Origin: a virus
Lineage: Duplodnaviria > Caudoviricetes
Reading direction: 5' to 3' (one strand)
DNA: 64,000 nucleotides
IMG/VR virus record: IMGVR_UViG_3300011989_000011
Location: 1-64,000 of that record
Shown here: one piece after another, positions 26,769 through 35,968 of the stretch
How the letters are laid out: each line of letters begins with the position of its first letter
How positions within the stretch are numbered: position 1 is the first letter of the stretch
Position numbers and translations under genes: made by a program
The notes under the pieces: generated by a model
What the model was told of the DNA's origin: nothing
Seen by the model: the letters and a program-made list of their open reading frames with translations, nothing else
The model's database searches: none

Positions 26769-29700
26769 GATTCCAAATCAGAAAAGTAAGTACGATGCGT
26801 TGAACATACGCTTGGCAAAGTATGTCGCTTTGATTCAGTCTGTCTACGATACGCTGAATAACGAAGCGGCACAGATTGCCATGCGCACGGGTTATGATGG
26901 CGAGAAGGAGTTCAAGTTCTCTGACTATCCCCAAACCAAGGAATCCGTTTTGCAATTACAGAAAGACTACGCTCAGTCTCTTTCTTCAATCATCTATAGC
27001 GGTACGTCTGAGGAATGGAAGAATAGCAATCTCATCCAAGACTTGATAGCGAGGAACGCTATAAACTTCTACACCTCCACCCACAACGGGAAGAAGAATA
27101 AGGTCTACTACCAAGTAAATAGCGATGCGCTCAAAGCCTTTCAGCAAAGGGTAGACAAAGGCATGAACCTCTCTCAGAAAGTGTGGGATCAGTCGGGTAA
27201 CTACAAGCAAGAGCTTGAATACGCTATCTCTACTGCCATTGAGAAAGGCACGAGTGCAGTCACTCTCTCCAAGCAGATTAGTAAATATCTGAATGACTTT
27301 CCCAAACTCCAAAAGGATTATTCTGAGAAGTATGGAAAAGCAGTTGATTGCCACGATTGCGAGTATAGGAGTATGCGCCTTGCACGGAGTGAGATAAACA
27401 TGGCTTACAGACGTGCGGAGGAGTTACGTTGGCAACAGATGGATTTCGTTATCGGCAAGGAGATAAAGCTAAGCAAACGTCATGAGCCTCATTCTGACAT
27501 CTGTGATGATTTGGCGGGTAAATATCCAAAGGATTTCGATTGGACAGGATGGCACCCGAATGATATGTGCTACGTCATTCCTATCCTCAAATCAGAGAAA
27601 GAGTTTTGGGCTGATGAGGATGCGCCGGACTTCGATCAGACCAAACCGATTAGCGAGTTCCCTAAAGGCTTCAATGAGTACGTTGGTAGGAATTTGGAAA
27701 AGTTCGCTTCCGCCAACGCAAGGGGTACGTTGAGCTATTGGCTCAAAGATAACGATGATGTCCGTGGATGCGTCTTACTTATGGGAAAGGCTAAGAAGGT
27801 CGGTGATGCAGTCGAGAATATTGCTCAGACTATTGCCAACGAACGTGGCGCCAAGATGTCGGCTATCAGCTATAAGGACTTCAATACCCTCTACAGAAAG
27901 GTTACGAGTGTTGAGAATGGAGTGAAGATAGGCGTTGATGGTATCACAGATAGCGTAAGTGCTACTATCTTTAGCGAGAAGGATTTGGATGCTATCATCA
28001 AAGACCTTGCTAAAGATTCCCATTGGCTCAGAACCAAGGTCCAAGTCGGAGAGAACTTCTACGGATATAGTGGCAACATCATCAATCTGAAAATGGATAA
28101 CGGAGTGGTCGCTGAGATACAAGTGAACACTCCTAAGATGATTTATGCCAAAGAGACCGAACCCAACGCACGTAAGATTTTGGGTGATGAGCTATATGAT
28201 AAGATTGCCAAAGAGACAGGGCTTGAAGGTGGATTAGGCGGTAAGCTATACGAGCAGATCAGAACCCTCGACAAGATTAAGGATGTTGATAAGCTAAAGG
28301 AGCTGAGTCAGCAATCGTTGGATTATTATGCTCGTTTCCAACCAAAGGTAAAGAAAGTAAAGTCTTCCGTGCAAAAGGAGTCCATTCAGTACGCTTGGAA
28401 CCTTAGAAAGTTGGATAAGACTGATAGGGAGCTTTTTGAACAGATTATGAACTACGGAAAGCCTGCAGGCGTTGATCCGTGGTCTTTCTACGATGAGCTA
28501 AAAAGAAGTGACTTTGACAAGGTAAAAGAAGAATTTCTTGACAAGATGTATCTCGATGCTTATGGCAAGATTGAGGATTATAGAAAGGAATATAAGAAGA
28601 TATTCTCTGAAATCGGAGATAGGGTCTACAACTCTCCATTCTACCATACAGACGAGTTTGAGCATCTTGTTTCGAGGTATCGTAGTTTGCCGAGTTATAT
28701 TGACACTACAGACTATACGAATGTAGCTAACGAGCTATTGGACGATATTAAGAAGTTCGAGAAGGAACATTCAAAAACTCCATTAGTGCCAAAGGAAACG
28801 TGGAGATACTACAATACCCCCACCATCAATATGCAGAAACTTGCAACGGGAGACACCAACCTTGCAGTTCTGTATCGTAATAGAATGCAAGTTATTAAAG
28901 GCTCAAACGTAATGAAAATAGATAAGTTTGACCTTCAAAAGCATTGTGATGAACTCGGCAAGATATATGATACGGGCAAAGATAAAGATTTTGAAGCAGT
29001 TAGCTTTTGGAAATGGTATAATAGTGATGGCGGAGCTTATTGGGATATGGTGGACCACTATCACGAATTAGCCAATGCTAAAGATTTGAATAAAATTCCG
29101 AGACGTTGGAGAAGCGAGTATAATGCTTGCCTTATGCGTTTGGATGCTAAAAGCATTGCAATGGATGGTCTGTATCAGTACTATGAAGAAGTAGAGCATG
29201 CTTACAACATCTATAAGCTATCTACAATGCAAGAGTGTATTGATTTCGGATTGGATAAATTGTCTTCTAAGACACCTTGGAATTTGTGCAAGATATATGT
29301 CGACAACAGAATACCACTGAAGGAATTACCGCTGAAGGGTTTCTTTGATAAGGAGAAGAATTTCTATCCTTTGTATGATAGGTTAGTGAAAGATGATTTC
29401 GATGTGTTCACTGATGCCTATTGCCATTACGGATATCATCATGTCTGTATTAATAAGAAGTATTTTGGAATCAACGGAAGGGCATACCAAAGTAGCTATG
29501 AGAGAAAGAATGTTATCTATCATGAATACGGGCACGCGATGGACTTCAGTCGAAGGACGCAAGCTATAGAGGAAACATTTGATAAGTTTGCCAAAGAATT
29601 AAACGATTCCAAGGAAGAGAAGATCAGACAAAAATTTTGGAAGGAGTTTGATGATGCCACGCAGAAGGCTGAAACGAAAAGAGACGAGAAAGATGTTGAA

Positions 29701-29925
29701 GAACAAACAATCGCACTGTCTGATGTTATACAAGCTATGCTTGATACCCACGAGAGGTGGTATGGTGGGCATAAAAATGGCTATTTCGATAGTAAAGAAG
29801 CTCAATACGATGAGTTTGTTGCCCATATAAGTGAGAACTATTGGTATAGTAATCCTATATTCAAGAAAGTGTGGCCGGAGTTATATTCTGCCATGTATAA
29901 ATGCGCATTACAATTCTTCAAATAA
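26755..29925 (+). CDS. MuF/SPP1 gp7-like minor head protein fused to a RelA/SpoT-like nucleotidyltransferase domain and an HExxH metallopeptidase domain
   Basis: RLARSEINMAYR and WTGWHPNDMC (MuF); ITDSVSATI..GYSGNIINL..AEIQVNTPKM (RSH synthetase-like); IYHEYGHAMD..EFVAH (zincin). Confidence 0.82.
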   Translation: MASPKIPNQKSKYDALNIRLAKYVALIQSVYDTLNNEAAQIAMRTGYDGEKEFKFSDYPQTKESVLQLQKDYAQSLSSIIYSGTSEEWKNSNLIQDLIARNAINFYTSTHNGKKNKVYYQVNSDALKAFQQRVDKGMNLSQKVWDQSGNYKQELEYAISTAIEKGTSAVTLSKQISKYLNDFPKLQKDYSEKYGKAVDCHDCEYRSMRLARSEINMAYRRAEELRWQQMDFVIGKEIKLSKRHEPHSDICDDLAGKYPKDFDWTGWHPNDMCYVIPILKSEKEFWADEDAPDFDQTKPISEFPKGFNEYVGRNLEKFASANARGTLSYWLKDNDDVRGCVLLMGKAKKVGDAVENIAQTIANERGAKMSAISYKDFNTLYRKVTSVENGVKIGVDGITDSVSATIFSEKDLDAIIKDLAKDSHWLRTKVQVGENFYGYSGNIINLKMDNGVVAEIQVNTPKMIYAKETEPNARKILGDELYDKIAKETGLEGGLGGKLYEQIRTLDKIKDVDKLKELSQQSLDYYARFQPKVKKVKSSVQKESIQYAWNLRKLDKTDRELFEQIMNYGKPAGVDPWSFYDELKRSDFDKVKEEFLDKMYLDAYGKIEDYRKEYKKIFSEIGDRVYNSPFYHTDEFEHLVSRYRSLPSYIDTTDYTNVANELLDDIKKFEKEHSKTPLVPKETWRYYNTPTINMQKLATGDTNLAVLYRNRMQVIKGSNVMKIDKFDLQKHCDELGKIYDTGKDKDFEAVSFWKWYNSDGGAYWDMVDHYHELANAKDLNKIPRRWRSEYNACLMRLDAKSIAMDGLYQYYEEVEHAYNIYKLSTMQECIDFGLDKLSSKTPWNLCKIYVDNRIPLKELPLKGFFDKEKNFYPLYDRLVKDDFDVFTDAYCHYGYHHVCINKKYFGINGRAYQSSYERKNVIYHEYGHAMDFSRRTQAIEETFDKFAKELNDSKEEKIRQKFWKEFDDATQKAETKRDEKDVEEQTIALSDVIQAMLDTHERWYGGHKNGYFDSKEAQYDEFVAHISENYWYSNPIFKKVWPELYSAMYKCALQFFK

Positions 29926-29935
29926 GTTTGCAGTT

Positions 29936-30223
29936 ATGAAGTTAGAAAGCTATCTAAAGATGTGCGGTGTAAGCACCGTAGACAAGTTATCAGACGAGCA
30001 GGTAATCAGTTACTTCACTAAGAACCTTGCTCCAAAACACTCAGCACAGAGTGTTGATCGTGCAGTTAATGGTGCATGGGATATTCCTCCCATGCGCAAG
30101 GAAGCTATGCCGTTACTCAGACAGGCGATGATTACGGGTCAGCGTTTCGTTTGCCATATCGTTGAATGTGGGGAGAATGGTGAAGGTACTACTCATTTCG
30201 AGTTAGGTCTGTCAGACTACTAA
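29936..30223 (+). CDS. Small protein directly after the MuF fusion (candidate immunity protein)
   Basis: ATG 11 nt after the MuF stop. Confidence 0.55.
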   Translation: MKLESYLKMCGVSTVDKLSDEQVISYFTKNLAPKHSAQSVDRAVNGAWDIPPMRKEAMPLLRQAMITGQRFVCHIVECGENGEGTTHFELGLSDY

Positions 30224-30344
30224 AAGTTAGTCAAAGTTAAATAATTGGTTATCAGCAAATTAACGCTCGTAAAATTTGCATATCTCAGAAAAAATGACTA
30301 CCTTTACATTGTAATTAAGAAACATATAAAATACGAGAACAATG
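30223..30344 (+). promoter_or_regulatory. Repeated promoter-leader cassette 4
   Basis: TGTAATTAAGAAAC at 30310-30323. Confidence 0.85.
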
Positions 30345-30524
30345 AAAGCAGTCGTTACAACAGAAGAGTTAGCAAAGGTATTAGTTGCCTCCTATAAGTT
30401 AAACGCTGAAAAGCAGCATCAAGAAAGATGTAGTGCTTACAGAGTCCTCTTTGATGAGGACTTCTACAACGAAGCAGCAGATAAAGCCATAGATATTCTA
30501 ATCAAGGAAAAGGGAAATAAGTAA
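30342..30524 (+). CDS. Hypothetical protein
   Basis: First gene after cassette 4. Confidence 0.6.
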   Translation: MKAVVTTEELAKVLVASYKLNAEKQHQERCSAYRVLFDEDFYNEAADKAIDILIKEKGNK

Positions 30525-30568
30525 CTTTGTAATGTAATTAAGAAACAAACAAAGATTTAAGAGCAATG
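30522..30568 (+). promoter_or_regulatory. Truncated cassette 5 (-7 box and leader only)
   Basis: TAACTTTG taa TGTAATTAAGAAAC (30533-30546) ..ttaagagcaATG. Confidence 0.7.
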
Positions 30569-30784
30569 AAAAAGATAAGTTATGATGATCTGCTGCAGGA
30601 AGCACGTATGCACTTCGGCATGGTACCTCAGTCAGTCAAAGACAAGATGCTGAATGAGGTCGAGAACGTCAACAAAGGTATGTGGGGTAACGACATTGAG
30701 TCGATTGTCACCAATCTGTACCTTGAAGCAGACGATACAGACGAGGAGGAAGTTTGCGAGACACAGAGTTTAATCAGACAGTAA
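30566..30784 (+). CDS. Hypothetical protein
   Basis: Starts at AAGAGCAATG. Confidence 0.6.
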   Translation: MKKISYDDLLQEARMHFGMVPQSVKDKMLNEVENVNKGMWGNDIESIVTNLYLEADDTDEEEVCETQSLIRQ

Positions 30785-30791
30785 GAAAGAT

Positions 30792-31025
30792 ATGGAACGT
30801 ATGGAAATTCACGTCTACACTCGCAACGAGTTGGTAGACATTGCCAAGGGCAATCAGAAAGAGATTGACAAGTTAGAGAACGCTAAGCGCACTCCTTTCG
30901 GAGACTTCTGCTATCAAGAAGCCAAGAAGCGTTTGGCTCACTATCAGAGCCTCCTCGCAAAGTTCCCCGAAGATAAGGTGTTCTATCTTCACAAGGGTGA
31001 GATGGTAAAGATAACGGTACGATAA
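30792..31025 (+). CDS. Hypothetical protein
   Basis: 77-aa ORF. Confidence 0.55.
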   Translation: MERMEIHVYTRNELVDIAKGNQKEIDKLENAKRTPFGDFCYQEAKKRLAHYQSLLAKFPEDKVFYLHKGEMVKITVR

Positions 31026-31097
31026 GAACCGATGTAGGAAATGCTCGATTCTCATTTCTAAGTTGGAAATGAGTTTCGGGATTAAAGAAGAAAAGTC

Positions 31098-31448
31098 ATG
31101 AGATTCAATAGAAAAGAGATAGCAACGATATTGGAGATAGCTGCAACGGGTTCGCCTTGGATGCACATCAATGTATCCTACCTTGAAGAAGACAAGGTAT
31201 CAGACCAAAGCCAAACGAGATATGAGAAGTTTGCGGAGGTCCTTACCAAAGGCGGTTGGTTGTTCTGCGATGATGATGAATCGAGCAAGCGATACATCTT
31301 CTACCTTACCGACTTGCAGAGAGGTTGGAAGAAGTTCAAAGAGGACTATCCAGAAGAAGCTGAGAGAATAGAAAACGAGGATGCTGATGCCAACGACTGC
31401 GACATCTACATGCAATACGTTTTGTTTGGAGAATACGTCTATGGATAA
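31098..31448 (+). CDS. Hypothetical protein
   Basis: 116 aa ending DADANDCDIYMQYVLFGEYVYG. Confidence 0.65.
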   Translation: MRFNRKEIATILEIAATGSPWMHINVSYLEEDKVSDQSQTRYEKFAEVLTKGGWLFCDDDESSKRYIFYLTDLQRGWKKFKEDYPEEAERIENEDADANDCDIYMQYVLFGEYVYG

Positions 31449-31668
31449 GTTTGAGATTTTCGACAAGGTGTCTAAGGGTAAAGAAGTCTACCTTTTAGAT
31501 CAGCAGGGAGAAGTAGCCATGAAGTGCTACGCTGACGGTGATAGGGTTGGTGCCATGCTTAAACCCAAGGGCAAGAGAGCCTACAAGGTTGATGTTCGGG
31601 CAACAGACATCTTCGACACCATGAATGAATCATCTGAAACAACGAAGGAGGTCTACGATGAGTATTGA
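31441..31668 (+). CDS. Hypothetical protein
   Basis: ATG at 31441 overlaps the previous stop. Confidence 0.6.
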   Translation: MDKFEIFDKVSKGKEVYLLDQQGEVAMKCYADGDRVGAMLKPKGKRAYKVDVRATDIFDTMNESSETTKEVYDEY

Positions 31669-32134
31669 TAGCGCAACTGCAAAGAAGATAATCGAAGCAT
31701 ACTACAGAGGTAAGAAGGACTTGAATGGGCTTCCTCAGATACGGCATCCATACGTTGTTGCGAGGATGGTTCAGTTTGAATCTGATGATGAGATTGCTTG
31801 TGCCTTGCTCCATGACTTGGTACGAGATAGTCGGCATGTTGGAGATTTCCTTTGGGATTTTGGAGTGTTGGAGATTATCGGTGCAAGCAAGGAGCAGATC
31901 GCCACGTTGGAATTGCTCACTCATGACAAGACTGAGCCGTATATGGACTATATAAGCAGAATATCAGCCTCCAATAACGAATGGGCATACGATATTAAAT
32001 GCGCAGATTTACTTGCGAATATCGCTCGAAATAGAGGGAAATATCCAAGGATTTACGAGAGACACACACAAGCCTACCACTACCTTATGCAGCATCCGCC
32101 TAAAGTAAAGTTAGCCAAAGCGAGCAAAAGTTAA
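31658..32134 (+). CDS. HD-domain protein, Mesh1/small alarmone hydrolase-like
   Basis: HPYVVA..ACALLHDLVRD..LLTHDK..Y..YI.RI..DIKCADLLAN. Confidence 0.8.
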   Translation: MSIDSATAKKIIEAYYRGKKDLNGLPQIRHPYVVARMVQFESDDEIACALLHDLVRDSRHVGDFLWDFGVLEIIGASKEQIATLELLTHDKTEPYMDYISRISASNNEWAYDIKCADLLANIARNRGKYPRIYERHTQAYHYLMQHPPKVKLAKASKS

Positions 32135-32240
32135 ATTTCTGATTATCAGCAAAATAATGCGGAAAATGTTTGGTCAATCCGTAAAAAATGACTACCTTTA
32201 CAATGTAATTAAGAAACACATATAAACATTAAGAGCAATG
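32107..32240 (+). promoter_or_regulatory. Repeated promoter-leader cassette 6
   Basis: TGTAATTAAGAAAC at 32204-32217. Confidence 0.85.
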
Positions 32241-32975
32241 AAAAAGAACGATGTTAAAGCTCAGATTAAGAGCAACTTTCAGACAATGAGTTTCGAATCA
32301 GCAGTTAAGGCTAACGAAGCCCTCCTTCCCGAGTACATCAACGAGTACGGCAAGAAAAGCTACGTCTCAATGCGCAGCTACTACGCCAAGCATCAGACAA
32401 CCGAAGGTGTCGCAGCAGAGCCTACGGCAGATGTCGCTACACTCGAAGCACCTGTCACAGAGACAGCCATAGAGGTTGAGCCTAAGGTGGCAGACGAGTT
32501 CGAGGATAACCTTGAAGCCGTTGAACCCGATCAGCCGGAGGAGTTGAAGCTAACAACGGATGTCTGCTTGGAGAAGCCTTTCTCATTCATCGGGTTCGAA
32601 TTGAATGAGGAGAATGTTCGCAATCTGATAGATAGCGACAATAGCGTCCTCAAAGAGAAGTGCTTGGTTCGGGAAGTCTTCGAGGTGACTGGTGACTTTC
32701 AGTTCTCTCACATCTGCGAAATGAAGGTAGCCAACAACGGCAAGGGTTGGAATACATGGGATGATACCAAGGACGGACAGAAGTCTGAGGATTGGGTTAC
32801 TTCTCACAAGAACGGCAACATGAGAAAGAGTAACTTCTGCTTCCCTGTCGGAGAGAAGCATCAGCTCATCCACTACGAGTATATCAAGTACGCTTTGCAG
32901 CACTACTACCTTGATCGCCTTGCATCTGAGGATGGTGCCGGAATGATTCAGAAGATTATCATCAACGAGGATTAA
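32238..32975 (+). CDS. Hypothetical protein
   Basis: First gene after cassette 6. Confidence 0.7.
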   Translation: MKKNDVKAQIKSNFQTMSFESAVKANEALLPEYINEYGKKSYVSMRSYYAKHQTTEGVAAEPTADVATLEAPVTETAIEVEPKVADEFEDNLEAVEPDQPEELKLTTDVCLEKPFSFIGFELNEENVRNLIDSDNSVLKEKCLVREVFEVTGDFQFSHICEMKVANNGKGWNTWDDTKDGQKSEDWVTSHKNGNMRKSNFCFPVGEKHQLIHYEYIKYALQHYYLDRLASEDGAGMIQKIIINED

Positions 32976-33022
32976 GAAACAGACGGGAGGGTTCTGTACC
33001 CTCCCCTTTAATACTAAGAGCA

Positions 33023-33370
33023 ATGAAGTTAGTTACATCAGCAATCAAGAAAGAGCTTGCGAAATATCCACTGGGTTCACAAGATGGCAAGAATGGCGAT
33101 GCTAAGGCTATAGCACGCTTCTTCTTTCCTATGGGCTCATGGACGTGGTACGTTACTGAAGCCAACCTACAGACGGGTGAGGCGTTCGGAGTAACGATAA
33201 ATGGTTCGGGCGAGGGTGAGTATGGTTACTTCAATCTGAACGAACTGCAATCTCTCAGAGTCAGAGGTTTGGGTGTTGAGCGAGACATCTGCTTCACTCC
33301 TACCAAGCTGAAAGACATCAAAGACGAGTATCTACAGAAGAAACTTAAAAGTATGGGTTATGTTGCTTAA
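33023..33370 (+). CDS. DUF2958-family protein
   Basis: RFFFPMGSWTWYVTE..FGV..EGEYGYFNLNEL. Confidence 0.8.
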   Translation: MKLVTSAIKKELAKYPLGSQDGKNGDAKAIARFFFPMGSWTWYVTEANLQTGEAFGVTINGSGEGEYGYFNLNELQSLRVRGLGVERDICFTPTKLKDIKDEYLQKKLKSMGYVA

Positions 33371-33698
33371 CAATAGAGATATGGTGAAGTTGCTCCAAGC
33401 AAACGAGTACATCATTAAGCAGAATGAAGGTGATGAGTATAAGAACTATGTAGTTGCAGACAAAGGCTCTATCAGTCTTCGATTCCAATGGAGCACGGAG
33501 CCGGGCCAGCAGTTCTCATCTATCAGCGTTAGTGCTGCAAGAAGAGGATTGAAGAATATGCTTACACTCCAATGTATTGGAACATTGAAGAATCTGACGG
33601 CATCCAATCAGTGGATATGCGACTACAAAGGTATCGTTAAACTTCTAAAAGCGGTAGACATCATGACTTCCGCTTATGACAAGTTAAGAACGCTATGA
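33360..33698 (+). CDS. Hypothetical protein
   Basis: 112-aa ORF. Confidence 0.55.
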   Translation: MLLNNRDMVKLLQANEYIIKQNEGDEYKNYVVADKGSISLRFQWSTEPGQQFSSISVSAARRGLKNMLTLQCIGTLKNLTASNQWICDYKGIVKLLKAVDIMTSAYDKLRTL

Positions 33699-34153
33699 AT
33701 AATGAAGAATACATAATGTTATGCGAGAAGTTGCAGCGAGGCTCTAAGAACCACGCTTATTGGCAGAAAGTCGTCAGAAATCAGAAAGACGTTCCTATCA
33801 GAAGCGTGTGGCAAGCCTTGCCACTTCCCATGATGTCAAAGTTATTAGGTAACATCAGACCAAAGAAGAAAGAGTGCTACAAGAACGCCCTTTTGGTCGC
33901 TCAATATCTCCACTGCGATTACGTTGAAGGGTATGTGAATATAGGTGGTCTACCTATAGAGCACGCATTCAATAAGATGAACGGTAGCTATTTTGATGTC
34001 ACGTTAGAATTGGCTTTAGGAGATAAGGTTGATAAATACGAGTACACATCAATAATGGAGCTTGATAGGGAGCGTGTCTTGGATATTGCAAGCGAGTTAG
34101 AGCTATACGGCCCGTATGCAAGTTATGTATATTCTAAACACATAAAGCTATGA
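33695..34153 (+). CDS. Transglutaminase/papain-like fold protein
   Basis: ECYKNA..YVEGY..IEHAFN..YFDVT (Cys-His-Asp). Confidence 0.6.
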   Translation: MNNEEYIMLCEKLQRGSKNHAYWQKVVRNQKDVPIRSVWQALPLPMMSKLLGNIRPKKKECYKNALLVAQYLHCDYVEGYVNIGGLPIEHAFNKMNGSYFDVTLELALGDKVDKYEYTSIMELDRERVLDIASELELYGPYASYVYSKHIKL

Positions 34154-34575
34154 ATGGATCAGAAGCATTTGAAGCTACGATTGGCGAGTATCTGAAAGTC
34201 AGAGCCAACACAGACGAGAAGTTTGCAGAGGAAATGAAAAAGGAAGGCAAGTCCGTTCATGAGTGCTGCAACTATATCCTCAACATGGTTAAGAAGTCCG
34301 GCTGCTGCGGATTCGATGATGATGAGATTTTCAGCTTGGCAGTTCACTACTACGATGAGGACATCACTGATAAAGCCTTGCTGAAAGAAATCAGAGGTTC
34401 GGTAGTCGTCAATCACAAGGTGGAGCTAAAGGAAGAAGATAAGGAGTCTATCGAGGAGCAAGCCAAGAAAGACTATTATCAAGAGTGCATGAGAAAACAA
34501 CGTGAAGCTAACCATCCTAAACCTAAGAAGAAGGTAGAGGTGCAGACGCCGGACTTATTTGGAGGATTGTCATGA
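34150..34575 (+). CDS. PcfK-like protein (family includes AcrIIA9-like anti-CRISPRs)
   Basis: TIGEYLKVRANTDEKFA..KSVHECCNYIL..KKSGCCGFDDDEIFSLAVHYYDE. Confidence 0.85.
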   Translation: MNGSEAFEATIGEYLKVRANTDEKFAEEMKKEGKSVHECCNYILNMVKKSGCCGFDDDEIFSLAVHYYDEDITDKALLKEIRGSVVVNHKVELKEEDKESIEEQAKKDYYQECMRKQREANHPKPKKKVEVQTPDLFGGLS

Positions 34576-35876
34576 AAGCAAGAACAAAGGTAGAAAAGGA
34601 GGTGATGGAGCTAAGCTCCACCCTCCCTAATCTGAGAAAGGATTCAACGAGATATTCCAAGAAGTCGTTCTATAGGATGAAGTTTACCACTGGCCGTAAG
34701 TCATGGTGTTCTGAATGTGGGCATGAGTTCGAGGATAAAGGTCAGAGTTCATGCCCTCACTGCCATTGCCATTTCGATCAGACGGAGCAGACAAGAAAGA
34801 AGACTGACCTCCACAATAGAGCCTACTTTGTTATCCTTGACACAAGGAATGAATGGCAGGTAATGCGCTATTTCAGAGTAGACAAGGAAAGTACAGCCGG
34901 AAAGCGAGCCAAGTTCTATAACTGGGAGGTTATGCAGCTATGGTTCACCAAAGGTCATTATGAAGTGATAGCGAGAAAGAGAAGTTTGGGGTTCTACATT
35001 GATACATTCTCCTATTGGTCTGATATGGAAATCAGAATCCCACGTATCAGCAGCAACGGCCCGCTTACGATTGAGGATATCCCATACGCATACGTTGAGA
35101 AGAAAAGCGTGCTGCCACAACTGCAAAGGTTTGAGGAAGACATCGAGCAAGAGAAATGCAAAGGATTCTATCGGAATGAGTTCTACAAGGTCTTGCTCGC
35201 ACACCCAATGGCTGAGACATTGTTGAAGCAAGGTCACGAAGGTCTTCTGAGACAGATGTTAGATTACGGTATGATGAGGAAGGAATACTTTGATGCGGTG
35301 AAGATCGCCCTAAGAAACCACTACGATATATTCAGCCAAGACACCACCATGTGGCTTGATATGGTCGAAGCCCTAATCTATCTAAGGAAGGATGTTCACA
35401 ACGCATTTTATGTATGTCCTAAGGATCTACAGAAGTCTCATGACAGATGGATTAAACTCGCTGAAAGAAAACGCAAGGAAGCCTATGATAAGGCTGCTGA
35501 GAAACGTAAGCTGAACATCCTCAAACGAGACAAGAAGATAGCTGAGAACTACGAGAAGTCGCACATGAAGTTTCTTGGCTTCAAGTTGGATGATGGTACC
35601 GTTGTTATCAAGGTTCTGCCTACGGTTGAAGCCTTCAAGGAAGAAGCCGATGAAATGCACCACTGCGTTTTTGCTAATGGCTATTACAAGAAGCCGAATA
35701 GCCTTATCATGTCGGCAAGGGTCGAGGGTAAACGCCAAGAGACTGTAGAGGTCAATCTGAGAGACTTCACATTGGTACAGTCGAGAGGTCACTGCAACCA
35801 ACCCTCACCTTACCATGACGAGATAGTTAAGTTGGTTGAATCACACATGAAAGAAATCAAGAAGGTGGCATTATAG
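34572..35876 (+). CDS. PcfJ-like protein
   Basis: ETLLK.G..MWLDMV..LRKD..CP.DL..HD..EE...MHHCVF..YY.K..SLIMSA..QSRG..N. Confidence 0.88.
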   Translation: MKARTKVEKEVMELSSTLPNLRKDSTRYSKKSFYRMKFTTGRKSWCSECGHEFEDKGQSSCPHCHCHFDQTEQTRKKTDLHNRAYFVILDTRNEWQVMRYFRVDKESTAGKRAKFYNWEVMQLWFTKGHYEVIARKRSLGFYIDTFSYWSDMEIRIPRISSNGPLTIEDIPYAYVEKKSVLPQLQRFEEDIEQEKCKGFYRNEFYKVLLAHPMAETLLKQGHEGLLRQMLDYGMMRKEYFDAVKIALRNHYDIFSQDTTMWLDMVEALIYLRKDVHNAFYVCPKDLQKSHDRWIKLAERKRKEAYDKAAEKRKLNILKRDKKIAENYEKSHMKFLGFKLDDGTVVIKVLPTVEAFKEEADEMHHCVFANGYYKKPNSLIMSARVEGKRQETVEVNLRDFTLVQSRGHCNQPSPYHDEIVKLVESHMKEIKKVAL

Positions 35877-35968
35877 TTAAATATTGTGAAGAATAGGCAC
35901 TTTTAGGAATAAAAGTGCTTGTTTTTCAAATATTATTGCTACCTTTACATTGTTAAAAGGGCAATATA

